Shown: positions 9,201 to 16,050 of the stretch, one piece after another
Layout: each line of letters opens with the position of its first letter
Position numbering within the stretch: the stretch's first letter is position 1
IMG/VR virus record: IMGVR_UViG_3300014964_000592
Location: 52,348 to 72,347 of that record
Length of the DNA stretch: 20,000 nt
Direction: 5' to 3' (one strand)
DNA from: an uncultured virus (IMG/VR IMGVR_UViG_3300014964_000592)
Taxonomy: Duplodnaviria; Heunggongvirae; Uroviricota; Caudoviricetes
Made by a program: the position numbers and the translations under genes
The notes under the pieces: generated by a model
What the model was told of the DNA's origin: nothing
Database searches by the model: none
The model's input: only the letters and a program-made list of their open reading frames with translations

Positions 9201-12104
9201 AAACTTGGCGAGGGAAGATATGCGAAGCTAAACCTTGCGCAGCAGCTTGGCATCACGCCGTCGGGCAACGTCTGGGAAGAAATCAACCAGCAATTCATCA
9301 ATGCACGTGTGCAGAAATTTGCGCGTGAGGCAGGCGACTATTTCAAGTTGAATGATGCGTATTTCCATCAGATGTTCTGCAAGCTGATTGGCGCAAGCGA
9401 TAACCGCGCAAAGAATACATACCAGTATCTTGCAATGCACGATGGAAGCCTTAAAATCCACTTCGCGCAAGATGACCTTGACACCATCTTCTTGACCGAT
9501 AACGTAGGCCGAAAGAACAAGCCCTACTACGTTGAGGAACACGACCGCGACGCAGATGGCGGCACTTTCTGGAATGGTGAAGCCAACGCCCTGTATGACC
9601 TCTTTGAGCTTGCTTTCCCGTCGGAACTGCGAGATATGATGAAGACCATGCTCGGCGAGATGGCAAACTTGGCATCCGACAAATCCCTTATGGGTTGTAT
9701 GGAGGATTACTATTTCCACGTTCAGAAATATTTCCCCGCCGTAGCCTACAACGAAACCGCACGACTCCTTTACGAAGAAGCATCTGCCAAGTGGGTAACT
9801 GGCGATTATATCGCTTCCACACACCCCATCACGCAGTCGCTCGGCGACCAGTTGCAGGGCGAGATGCAGTGGGTCAAACTACGCCTTATCTACCTTTCAT
9901 CGTTCGCATCCTACGGCTCGTTTACGATGAATGGCGAGGGTTCGCTTACTTTCCGTTCTGCGACCACAACCGCCGGTGCTGCGCCTACGTACACGTTTGA
10001 GCTGACTCCGCACATGTGGATTTACCCGGCTGTATCGGCTGGCTCGTCTACCTTGTTCGGTCGTGGAAACGCTTATCCCCAACGTGTGAAAGCCGGCGAA
10101 ACATTCACCCTTGATGGCGTGAACGCCGACAACGATACCAATATTCAGGTACACGGCATCCATTACTACACATCGGTAGGCGAATTTGGCGACAAATCAC
10201 TTTCCGGTGCGTTCACGGTGTCGGGTGAACGTCTTGTTGAGTTCCATGCGTCGAAGCAGCCCATTGAGTTCAGACCATCATCCGTTGAGGTCACTGCGCC
10301 CAATCTTCGCGTCTTTGACATTAAAGGTGCTTCCACAGTGACGGGCAGTGTCAATTTCACTTTGCAGACGCGGCTTGAAAGCATTGATATGCGTGGCACA
10401 TCCATATCGTCGTTCCTTGTTCCTGAACCTACGGGCATCACGTCACTCAAGCTCCCGGCTACGCTGACGCGCTTGCAGTTGACCGACTACATCAACCTTG
10501 ACAGCGAAAACTTTGAACTTGAGGGCGTTACCGCTATCCAAAGTTTTGAGTTTTCAAATTGCCCCACGCTGAATAGCCAGACCATCGTAGCGGGCATCTG
10601 CGCCACACCGGGCAATAACCTTTCCGAGTGCAAGGTACATGATATTTATTGGCGACGCTTCGCCCTTGAACATCTCATGAAACTTGCATCCATAAGGGCT
10701 GATTTGTCGGGCAAGATTGAACTTGACGACTCTGCAACTCCCACATTCGACGAAAAGATTGCGCTCCTTGACGCTTTCGGAAACATCGACAGCGAGTCCA
10801 ACAAGCTCCACATCACCTACAAGAAAGTCTATCTGACGCAGATGGAAATATCGGGCGACACATATTTCAGTCAGCCGGGCGTTTACCCCTTGCAGATTAC
10901 CCCCAATAGCCCACGTGCCAACGATTTCGTGAAGATTGAGTGGTCTATTTCCAAAAACACCTGCAATGCCACGATTGACCCCGTTACCGGTACGTTGACT
11001 CTGCCAAAGGTCGGCACGGAAGCTGAAAAGCCCGAAGCGACAGTCACCTGCAAGGCTACGCTTTCGGATGGTTCTACGCTGACGGCACAGGCGACACTTG
11101 GTTTCTATTTTAGGAAATGTCGCGTCGGCGATGTCGTATTCCACGATGGAACATACTCCGACAAGCCCAACAAAAATAAGGTGGCTATCGGTATCTGCTT
11201 CTACATCGACCCCAAGGATGAAACGCGCCGACTGATGGTGTCTACGCAAGACGTTTCCACTGGTATCCAGTGGGGATTATACTTTAACAACGGTTCTGGT
11301 TCTTGGGCGGAAGGTGGTAGTGACGACCTTAACTACAACATGCGCGACATTGAGCTTGCAGACTCCCCCGGCTACAACGTCTATGACACGCCGGTGGCCA
11401 ACATCGGGTCAAATGGTCTGGGTTCTAGCTACGTGACAGATGCAAACTATCGTGACGAATACACCGATGATGGCTTCAAGGAATTTGGTGACACAGTAGG
11501 TGCTGGCGATATTGGCTTCATGCGTCTGCCCCGTGATTACACATTCCGTGGTGTGACCTACGAGGCTGGCACATATCTGCCGCGTGGCTTCTACAAGACG
11601 CTGCAAATCATTCAGCACCGCAACACCATTCTGCAAGACTCGGATGTCGCATTGCCGTTACCGCAGGCTTCTGCCGATGAAACGGAATTGCAGTGCCTCA
11701 ACCGACTGATGTCTGAAATCGTGCTTGAGCATGATAACCTTGGAAAATGGCGACAGTTCTATTACCCCGCCGCGTCGATGTGCCACTCTTTTGAGCCGTC
11801 GGTCAAAACGGGTATGGAACTTAACGAGAAATTCAAGGCTGGAAATTGGTTCTTGGGTGCGATTGGCGACTATTACCGATGCTACTGGTATCACAAGGAG
11901 CGCAACGTAGCCGATAGCACCTACGCAATCTTTCAAAAGTGGGTGGAATTAGGTTTGTTCAACGCTTGGCGAGCCACATCGTATTGGTCATCCACCGAGT
12001 ACAGTCAGGGCTACGCATGGTACGTCTACTTCACAGATGGCAGCACCAGCGGCTACGGCGGCAAGTACAACAGTAACTCGGTGAGGGCGGTCGCCGCATT
12101 TTAA
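6216..12104 (+). CDS. DGR target protein; giant multidomain phage adhesin / receptor-binding protein with C-terminal C-type-lectin-fold variable domain
   Basis: 1962 aa. The C-terminus YWSSTEYSQGYAWYVYFTDG...VRAVAAF* is a typical CLec-type DGR variable region and matches TR. Apparent upstream domains: LamG-like (IRIYNRSLSATDIRQDY), CotH-like, LRR-like and Ig-like (IEWSISKNTCNATIDPVTGTLTL). Confidence 0.9.
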   Translation: MAKGKDEKIPNISTPWEGYAGSRVEEFIKARFASSVGYLHRPQEKGSDNNYHLYGFASEDDYKEWNSDPDANAHLLLTDVALPESGGGGSTATSYIVGLYTDSPSNIVTTDNTVKLNIRFTSEEYNPITQTTESTTEGGTLTVQTRLNAQSSWVTRGTIENIPSIPASSTNEWWPIDITNMLSNGTQQVRLIVKGDTTELNTRYLQFTVTKTTLGLTFATQWERPITDGVMRLSYYVSGAVSKTLHIKIDSQREVERNIGTSVYTETPIQVDVSDTAADTIKVLTHGIHQIEAWISVNDSKIESEHIFSQVMVAADPSDTTPQFILNDVKSKLTNWTAEQILTYAVYNPSGEATPIKFILESYNGDKQYMTLDVGNIPSQVRQTLNNVIEIDSEETTINAYMRFMSGDMVIHPVLGFEVDNSENFSPTSNPDFILNPRSRTNDETNPQSIINAATGEVVPSTWTKFGLKADGWIEDSNKQRCLRVLAGRTINIELETLKDYIGTNNRSSLTVELDIATRNAINTDIPVLRMCSYRDDGGPQGFELRPWQAVFMTRDKREREDQDVMIGENVRTHIALNIIYGINGTSQNYVRIFVNGIINREFEWSPEDEFVQYVNGVRTSQGIRIGSEYCDIDIYGIRIYNRSLSATDIRQDYMASLPTVAEKIAFREANDILGDSNLISYAKTREKYNTIVITGQVPSFSTGNIKTKCDWEIHIVGDPEHSGTLNNMTTSGQGTSSRSYWKWNLQGKPNDNTDWVDELGNHHGAGHQLDDTVPFATKLVAKLNWASSQQSHKLGSCNLFTDLWRRCTGGSAITNTPGFENCRVSVKQKPFFMFIRPTADAEPVFYGLYTYGPGKGDKPTFGYDKKKFPDYLMIEGCDNGEPLTNHRIPWNEDITIGGDEDELIMFNGKKQWEIDMGNSDSLPYFKDAFNFIYLCSPHIIPYAGTLAQLQATTDLEANRQKMYWVTQASGSSSARYDLYRYDELTAQWVDAGVAKLGEGRYAKLNLAQQLGITPSGNVWEEINQQFINARVQKFAREAGDYFKLNDAYFHQMFCKLIGASDNRAKNTYQYLAMHDGSLKIHFAQDDLDTIFLTDNVGRKNKPYYVEEHDRDADGGTFWNGEANALYDLFELAFPSELRDMMKTMLGEMANLASDKSLMGCMEDYYFHVQKYFPAVAYNETARLLYEEASAKWVTGDYIASTHPITQSLGDQLQGEMQWVKLRLIYLSSFASYGSFTMNGEGSLTFRSATTTAGAAPTYTFELTPHMWIYPAVSAGSSTLFGRGNAYPQRVKAGETFTLDGVNADNDTNIQVHGIHYYTSVGEFGDKSLSGAFTVSGERLVEFHASKQPIEFRPSSVEVTAPNLRVFDIKGASTVTGSVNFTLQTRLESIDMRGTSISSFLVPEPTGITSLKLPATLTRLQLTDYINLDSENFELEGVTAIQSFEFSNCPTLNSQTIVAGICATPGNNLSECKVHDIYWRRFALEHLMKLASIRADLSGKIELDDSATPTFDEKIALLDAFGNIDSESNKLHITYKKVYLTQMEISGDTYFSQPGVYPLQITPNSPRANDFVKIEWSISKNTCNATIDPVTGTLTLPKVGTEAEKPEATVTCKATLSDGSTLTAQATLGFYFRKCRVGDVVFHDGTYSDKPNKNKVAIGICFYIDPKDETRRLMVSTQDVSTGIQWGLYFNNGSGSWAEGGSDDLNYNMRDIELADSPGYNVYDTPVANIGSNGLGSSYVTDANYRDEYTDDGFKEFGDTVGAGDIGFMRLPRDYTFRGVTYEAGTYLPRGFYKTLQIIQHRNTILQDSDVALPLPQASADETELQCLNRLMSEIVLEHDNLGKWRQFYYPAASMCHSFEPSVKTGMELNEKFKAGNWFLGAIGDYYRCYWYHKERNVADSTYAIFQKWVELGLFNAWRATSYWSSTEYSQGYAWYVYFTDGSTSGYGGKYNSNSVRAVAAF
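11985..12101 (+). repeat. DGR variable repeat (VR), 117 nt
   Basis: Aligns to 12811..12924 with 13 substitutions, all at TR adenines, plus one 3-nt insertion. It encodes the last 39 residues of the target. Confidence 0.97.
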
Positions 12105-12138
12105 TCCGGTACGCAAGGGGTCGTTCCCGACCCCTTGC
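12078..12138 (+). promoter_or_regulatory. DGR IMH region: G/C-rich VR 3' end plus downstream hairpin/cruciform
   Basis: TCGGTGAGGGCGGTCGCCGCATTT is identical in VR and TR, after which they diverge (TAATCC vs GATGAA). A perfect 11-bp stem, GCAAGGGGTCG-TTCC-CGACCCCTTGC (12113..12138), begins 8 nt after the stop and is absent after TR. Confidence 0.85.
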
Positions 12139-12232
12139 ACTCATCGGAAACTATGTCTACCACAATAAGATTAAATCAACGTAATAACAAATTCAAAATC
12201 AATACGATAAGCAACGCATAATTATTAAAAGC

Positions 12233-12628
12233 ATGTCAAAACCCGCACAACTACCAATCTATCGCGCAGTCGAGCGTTTGATGATATGGGCTATCCCGGT
12301 CGTTGAACGTCTTCCCAAATCGCTTCCCTTTCAAACCCTTGGTGGCCTACTCATCCGCGACATCAGAGAATGTATGGATGCTGTAATTCTGACTACACAA
12401 GCCGCCGGTTACACACGCATCGAGTCCTTGCATATCTTGATTGCACGCATGACTTCCGTCAAAACGACAATGCGGGTGCTTAAAGCATCGAAGAAGATTA
12501 CGGCTCAACAGGAAGTGCAATTCTTGGATTTGATAAATCCCATAGCCATGCAAGCGGGAGCATGGATGTGCAAGATTAGAAAGGAAGTATCTCCAAATTC
12601 AGACAATGATACTGCCGACCCTAAATAA
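12233..12628 (+). CDS. avd: DGR accessory variability determinant (Avd-like four-helix-bundle protein)
   Basis: 131 aa, basic and helical. Motifs QLPIYRAVERL...LPKSLPFQTLG and INPIAMQAGAW resemble bAvd/four-helix-bundle proteins. It sits in the canonical position between target and TR/RT. Confidence 0.85.
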   Translation: MSKPAQLPIYRAVERLMIWAIPVVERLPKSLPFQTLGGLLIRDIRECMDAVILTTQAAGYTRIESLHILIARMTSVKTTMRVLKASKKITAQQEVQFLDLINPIAMQAGAWMCKIRKEVSPNSDNDTADPK

Positions 12629-12669
12629 GTCGGCAACATCATATCAAGGAAACATTCAAGACTACGGTT

Positions 12670-14256
12670 ATGGATGTTGTGAATTTTCTTTTATCAAATG
12701 GGTATAGCACTGGGGTGTCTTCCGTAGATACCTTAGTTAAATCAGGTTTGGCTCATGCTGCCGGTGGGTCTTATGAAACGCCGACACATTCCAAACCAGT
12801 CTATACATTGTGGTCATCCACCGAGAACAGTCAGAACAACGCATGGAACGTCAACTTCACAGATGGCAACACCAACAACAACAACAAGTACAACAGTAAC
12901 TCGGTGAGGGCGGTCGCCGCATTTGATGAAGAAATTAAAATTGGATGGATTGATGCTTTTGATGATTGCTGCGCAAAGAAGAAATCCTCTCCGCAGTGCA
13001 ATGCTTATCGTATTGATTATGAATTTGATTTATGGATGCTTATAGCTTCGGTATATCAACGGAACTACACGCCATCCATAAGCACTTGCTTCATGGTTAC
13101 ACATCCGAAGTTGCGTGAAATCTTTGCAGCGCATTTCCGCGACCGCATTGTGCAACATTGGATTATCATCCGGCTGGAGCCACTATTTGAGAAGCGTTTC
13201 AATGAACAGGGTAATGTCAGCTTCAACTGCCGAAAGAATTTCGGAACACTTAAAGCCGTTGCCGCTCTTGAAAACGACATCATAGAGGTAAGCCAGAACT
13301 ATACCAAGGAAGCATGGGTCGGAAGATTTGACCTTAAATCTTTCTTTATGAGCATAGACCTCACAATCTTATGGAGATTGCTGAAAGCCTTTATCATAAA
13401 GGAATATAAGGGAGGTGACATCGACACCTTAATATATCTGACCGAAATCGTAGTATTTCATCGCCCACAAGAAAACTGCTATCGCAATGGAAACGTAGCC
13501 TTATGGGATGACCTCCCACCGCACAAGTCGTTATTCAATCTGCTTGCCCTTATTGGGATGGCTATCGGAAATCTTACCAGTCAGCAATTCGCCAATTTCT
13601 ACATGTCATTCTTTGATGAATTTATGATATGGCTATGTGCGAGGTATGGTTGCAGATACGAGCGGTTTGTGGATGATTTTACGGTCGTTGGAAACAAGGA
13701 TATTATATTAAAGGTAATACGGCCTTTGGCAGACAAATTTCTTGCAAAGAGGCTGAACGTATCGTTACACCACGACAAGTTTTACATCCAGCCGGTCAGA
13801 CACGGAGTCAAGTATGTTGGAACAGTCATTATGCCCGGTCGCAAATACATCAGCAACCGCACCGTGGGCGGTATGATTGACAAATTAAGGATGACAGACA
13901 AGGTTTGTACGTCTATCTTACGAGGAAACCTTAATAGTCGCAAGTTAGAGCTGCTTCGGCATTGTATTGCCGCACTTAATTCCTACCTTGGCTTCATGGT
14001 TCATGTGAATGGCCATAACCTACGCCGAAAAATCTTAAATGGTGCATCGCAAGCCTTTTGGGATGTCTGCTATGTTCAAGGTGACTACACCGTGATTAAG
14101 ATTATGAAGCGATACCGACTTACCACATTTCTTAAAGAACAGGAAGATGCAGAAAACAACATTGCAATACGACAATCAGCGACCCCAGCCCGTAGAGGTG
14201 CAAAAGCACTGCGGAATGAAAATCCGCATCATAAATTTCGACGTGGAAAACGCTGA
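12670..14256 (+). CDS. DGR reverse transcriptase (ORF includes TR in frame at its 5' end)
   Basis: Motifs PKLREIFAAHFRDRIVQH, RFDLKSFFMSID, the DGR-type GMAIGNLTSQQFAN (GNLTSQ at 13567..13584) and catalytic RFVDD (FVDD at 13666..13677). The true start codon is uncertain. Confidence 0.95.
   Translation: MDVVNFLLSNGYSTGVSSVDTLVKSGLAHAAGGSYETPTHSKPVYTLWSSTENSQNNAWNVNFTDGNTNNNNKYNSNSVRAVAAFDEEIKIGWIDAFDDCCAKKKSSPQCNAYRIDYEFDLWMLIASVYQRNYTPSISTCFMVTHPKLREIFAAHFRDRIVQHWIIIRLEPLFEKRFNEQGNVSFNCRKNFGTLKAVAALENDIIEVSQNYTKEAWVGRFDLKSFFMSIDLTILWRLLKAFIIKEYKGGDIDTLIYLTEIVVFHRPQENCYRNGNVALWDDLPPHKSLFNLLALIGMAIGNLTSQQFANFYMSFFDEFMIWLCARYGCRYERFVDDFTVVGNKDIILKVIRPLADKFLAKRLNVSLHHDKFYIQPVRHGVKYVGTVIMPGRKYISNRTVGGMIDKLRMTDKVCTSILRGNLNSRKLELLRHCIAALNSYLGFMVHVNGHNLRRKILNGASQAFWDVCYVQGDYTVIKIMKRYRLTTFLKEQEDAENNIAIRQSATPARRGAKALRNENPHHKFRRGKR
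12811..12924 (+). repeat. DGR template repeat (TR), 114 nt
   Basis: TGGTCATCCACCGAGAACAGTCAGAACAAC...GTCGCCGCATTT. By manual count it has 12 AAC codons and 40 adenines, and it has A wherever VR differs. Confidence 0.97.
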
Positions 14257-14533
14257 TGTTGAAGAATACAAATACAAGTGGAAAAGGGTAACACTGCCCA
14301 TATCCGTGTGGAGCTATTCTGCTATTGTGGCCGCTATCATCAATGCCGCTTACCCGGCTGACGATATGCAGGCAATCAATAATAACTATCTGCGCACATT
14401 GGATGGCAGTCAGCTTGACCCCAACAAGAAAGCGGAATATCTTGACGAACACCACGCCATGAACGCTTACCGCGACCACGCAAAGACAGTGGCCCTTGAG
14501 CTTCTTGCCTATGCGGAGGAACACAATCTTTGA
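14147..14533 (+). CDS. Phage hypothetical protein (possibly tail-fibre assembly/chaperone-like)
   Basis: 128 aa. The pattern YSAIVAAIINAAYPADDMQAINNNYL...AMNAYRDHAK recalls small proteins found next to Bacteroidales phage fibre genes. It overlaps the RT 3' end by 110 nt. Function is inferred only. Confidence 0.7.
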   Translation: MQKTTLQYDNQRPQPVEVQKHCGMKIRIINFDVENADVEEYKYKWKRVTLPISVWSYSAIVAAIINAAYPADDMQAINNNYLRTLDGSQLDPNKKAEYLDEHHAMNAYRDHAKTVALELLAYAEEHNL

Positions 14534-14558
14534 ACAAACCCCTTAAAACAACATTACA

Positions 14559-14855
14559 ATGAGCAATTTTACAACAACGTGGCCCGAAATTCTTTATCGT
14601 GCCTTTCTCGGCTTCGTAATAGCCGCAGTGATTAGCCCGCTTATCGCCCACATTCCACCGCACATCAAATGGCTGTCGTGGCTTGCCGGCCTTGTCGCCG
14701 CCCTCGCGCTTGGTGTTTACCATGTCGTAAAGACTGTGAAAGCCAACAAAAATGACGGGGCAATTCTTCTGCGAACCATTCCGACACTCATCTTCTATAT
14801 TGTGGGTGGCGCAATCGGTGGTCTGATAGGCGCATTAGCCGCACATAACATCTAA
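14559..14855 (+). CDS. Small integral membrane protein (about 3 TM segments)
   Basis: 98 aa with three hydrophobic stretches, preceded by an A-rich Bacteroidetes-type leader. Confidence 0.7.
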   Translation: MSNFTTTWPEILYRAFLGFVIAAVISPLIAHIPPHIKWLSWLAGLVAALALGVYHVVKTVKANKNDGAILLRTIPTLIFYIVGGAIGGLIGALAAHNI

Positions 14856-14863
14856 ACCCATTC

Positions 14864-14905
14864 AGCGACTTGCATTGATATTCCGTCAGTGCAAGCCGCT
14901 TTATT
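14864..14905 (+). terminator. Candidate intrinsic terminator before the lysis genes
   Basis: AGCGACTTGCATTGA-TATTCCG-TCAGTGCAAGCCGCT forms a 15-bp stem with one A.C mismatch and one G.U pair, followed by TTATT. Confidence 0.55.
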
Positions 14906-14963
14906 GCAACCAATCAATCACATCTAACATCAACCGACAGTTATACACGATTTTATTGAAGCG

Positions 14964-15431
14964 ATGGCGAGTGGTATCAGCATTACCCACGTCTATCAGC
15001 ACATGGGGGTTTCCCTCATTCTTTGGATACTTGTAATCCTTGCCGTCTTGATTGACCTTTGGGATGGCGTTTATACAGCCCGGCGACTTGGGCAGCACGT
15101 ACATAGCCACAAGCTCCGCGTGACGATACGGAAGATAGGTGAATATTGGCGATTTATTCTTATGGGATTTGTCGCCGACACCATAGGCATCCTATTTCCG
15201 TTCTGGGCGTGGCCGTACCTGTCAATCTGCATCTGCCTTGGCGTTATCTGCATTGAGGGAAAGAGTGTGCTGGAACACGCCAAGAAGCGCAAGAGCCATA
15301 TCGCTGAAATACCGGGCATGGTTAAAGAAATGATTGAATGTGCTACGGAACATGATGCGCTTGACATACTGTCACGGATAAAGGGCGCACTTGACGAAGA
15401 AAACGCAAAGTATATCCAAAAAGACCATTAA
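14964..15431 (+). CDS. Phage holin (Bacteroidales type, Phage_holin_4_1-like)
   Basis: 155 aa with TM segments. Motifs IDLWDGVYTARRLGQHVHSHKLRVTIRKIGEY and IEGKSVLEH are typical of this holin family. Confidence 0.75.
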   Translation: MASGISITHVYQHMGVSLILWILVILAVLIDLWDGVYTARRLGQHVHSHKLRVTIRKIGEYWRFILMGFVADTIGILFPFWAWPYLSICICLGVICIEGKSVLEHAKKRKSHIAEIPGMVKEMIECATEHDALDILSRIKGALDEENAKYIQKDH

Positions 15432-15433
15432 CG

Positions 15434-15946
15434 ATGAAACACCTTTTATCATTCCTTGCAATAGTCGCCATTGTCATGTGTGGATGCACCCGGACAATCT
15501 ATCAGCCGATTGAAAGTGTACGCACTGACAGCATCAGCACAAAGGCAGAATTTAACGAGGCTCGGTTCCAATACCTCTTAAACGTCTTGCAGCACCGGGT
15601 CAACACACGTGATAGCGTTGTAATCCGCGATAGCGTTGTGATGGTCATCAATGAAACCGGTGGGGTGGTCAGTAAAGAAACTTTCCACGACCGCGACCGC
15701 AACTATTCAAGGGATGAGGCAGTCTTGCAGATACAGGCGAAATATGATAGCATCTTCAAGGCGCAACGCGAAGAATTTAACGCCATCCTTGAGCAAATCC
15801 AGCAAATACCCGTACCGGTGGAAAAGCCGTTATCCAAATTGGAGCGACTCAAGCAAGAGGTTGGCGGTATCGCAATCGGAATACTTGTGGCCATTCTATC
15901 CGTGGCGGTGGTCTGGCTCATAAGAAAGATAAAACGTAAACAGTAG
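15434..15946 (+). CDS. Lipoprotein with C-terminal TM helix; putative unimolecular spanin
   Basis: Signal peptide MKHLLSFLAIVAIVMCG-C18 (lipobox) and C-terminal TM GGIAIGILVAILSVAVVWLI followed by RKIKRKQ. It starts 2 nt after the holin stop. Confidence 0.7.
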   Translation: MKHLLSFLAIVAIVMCGCTRTIYQPIESVRTDSISTKAEFNEARFQYLLNVLQHRVNTRDSVVIRDSVVMVINETGGVVSKETFHDRDRNYSRDEAVLQIQAKYDSIFKAQREEFNAILEQIQQIPVPVEKPLSKLERLKQEVGGIAIGILVAILSVAVVWLIRKIKRKQ

Positions 15947-15971
15947 CTTTTGGTTCTTTTCTCATTTTGGT

Positions 15972-16002
15972 AGGCACGTTGGGAAACGCGCCTGTTGTCT
16001 TT
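15972..16002 (+). terminator. Candidate terminator of the phage late operon
   Basis: AGGCACGTT-GGGA-AACGCGCCT stem (one mismatch) followed by GTTGTCTTT. Confidence 0.4.
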
Positions 16003-16008
16003 ATGGTC

Positions 16009-16048
16009 AAAAAGAAAAGGAAACGCCCTAAATTAGAGTGCTTCCTTT
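16009..16048 (-). terminator. Candidate intrinsic terminator downstream of ssrA
   Basis: The minus strand reads AAAGGAAGCACTCTA-ATT-TAGGGCGTTTCCTTT then TCTTTTT: a 15-bp stem with two G.U pairs, one mismatch and a U-tract. Confidence 0.6.
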
Positions 16049-16050
16049 AA

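Larger units (their letters stand above)
6216..14256 (+). mobile_element. Complete diversity-generating retroelement cassette (target-VR-hairpin-avd-TR-RT)
   Basis: All canonical DGR components are present in order, with adenine-specific TR/VR differences. Confidence 0.96.

Noticed and set aside
181..11936. Many 60-230-aa alternate-frame and antisense ORFs inside the two giant genes
   Set aside because: Fully nested in well-supported CDSs and without recognisable motifs.
12153..12221. 22-codon ORF (MSTTIRLNQRNNKFKINTISNA) upstream of avd
   Set aside because: Short, AT-rich and out of frame with avd, with no supporting evidence.
12868..12900. (AAC)n run as a microsatellite or CRISPR-like repeat
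   Set aside because: It is the AAC-rich core of the DGR TR, with no repeat-spacer structure.
12670..14256. RT as group II intron, retron or Abi RT
   Set aside because: The GNLTSQ motif, adjacent avd and adenine-specific TR/VR pair identify it as a DGR RT; no maturase or endonuclease domain is visible.
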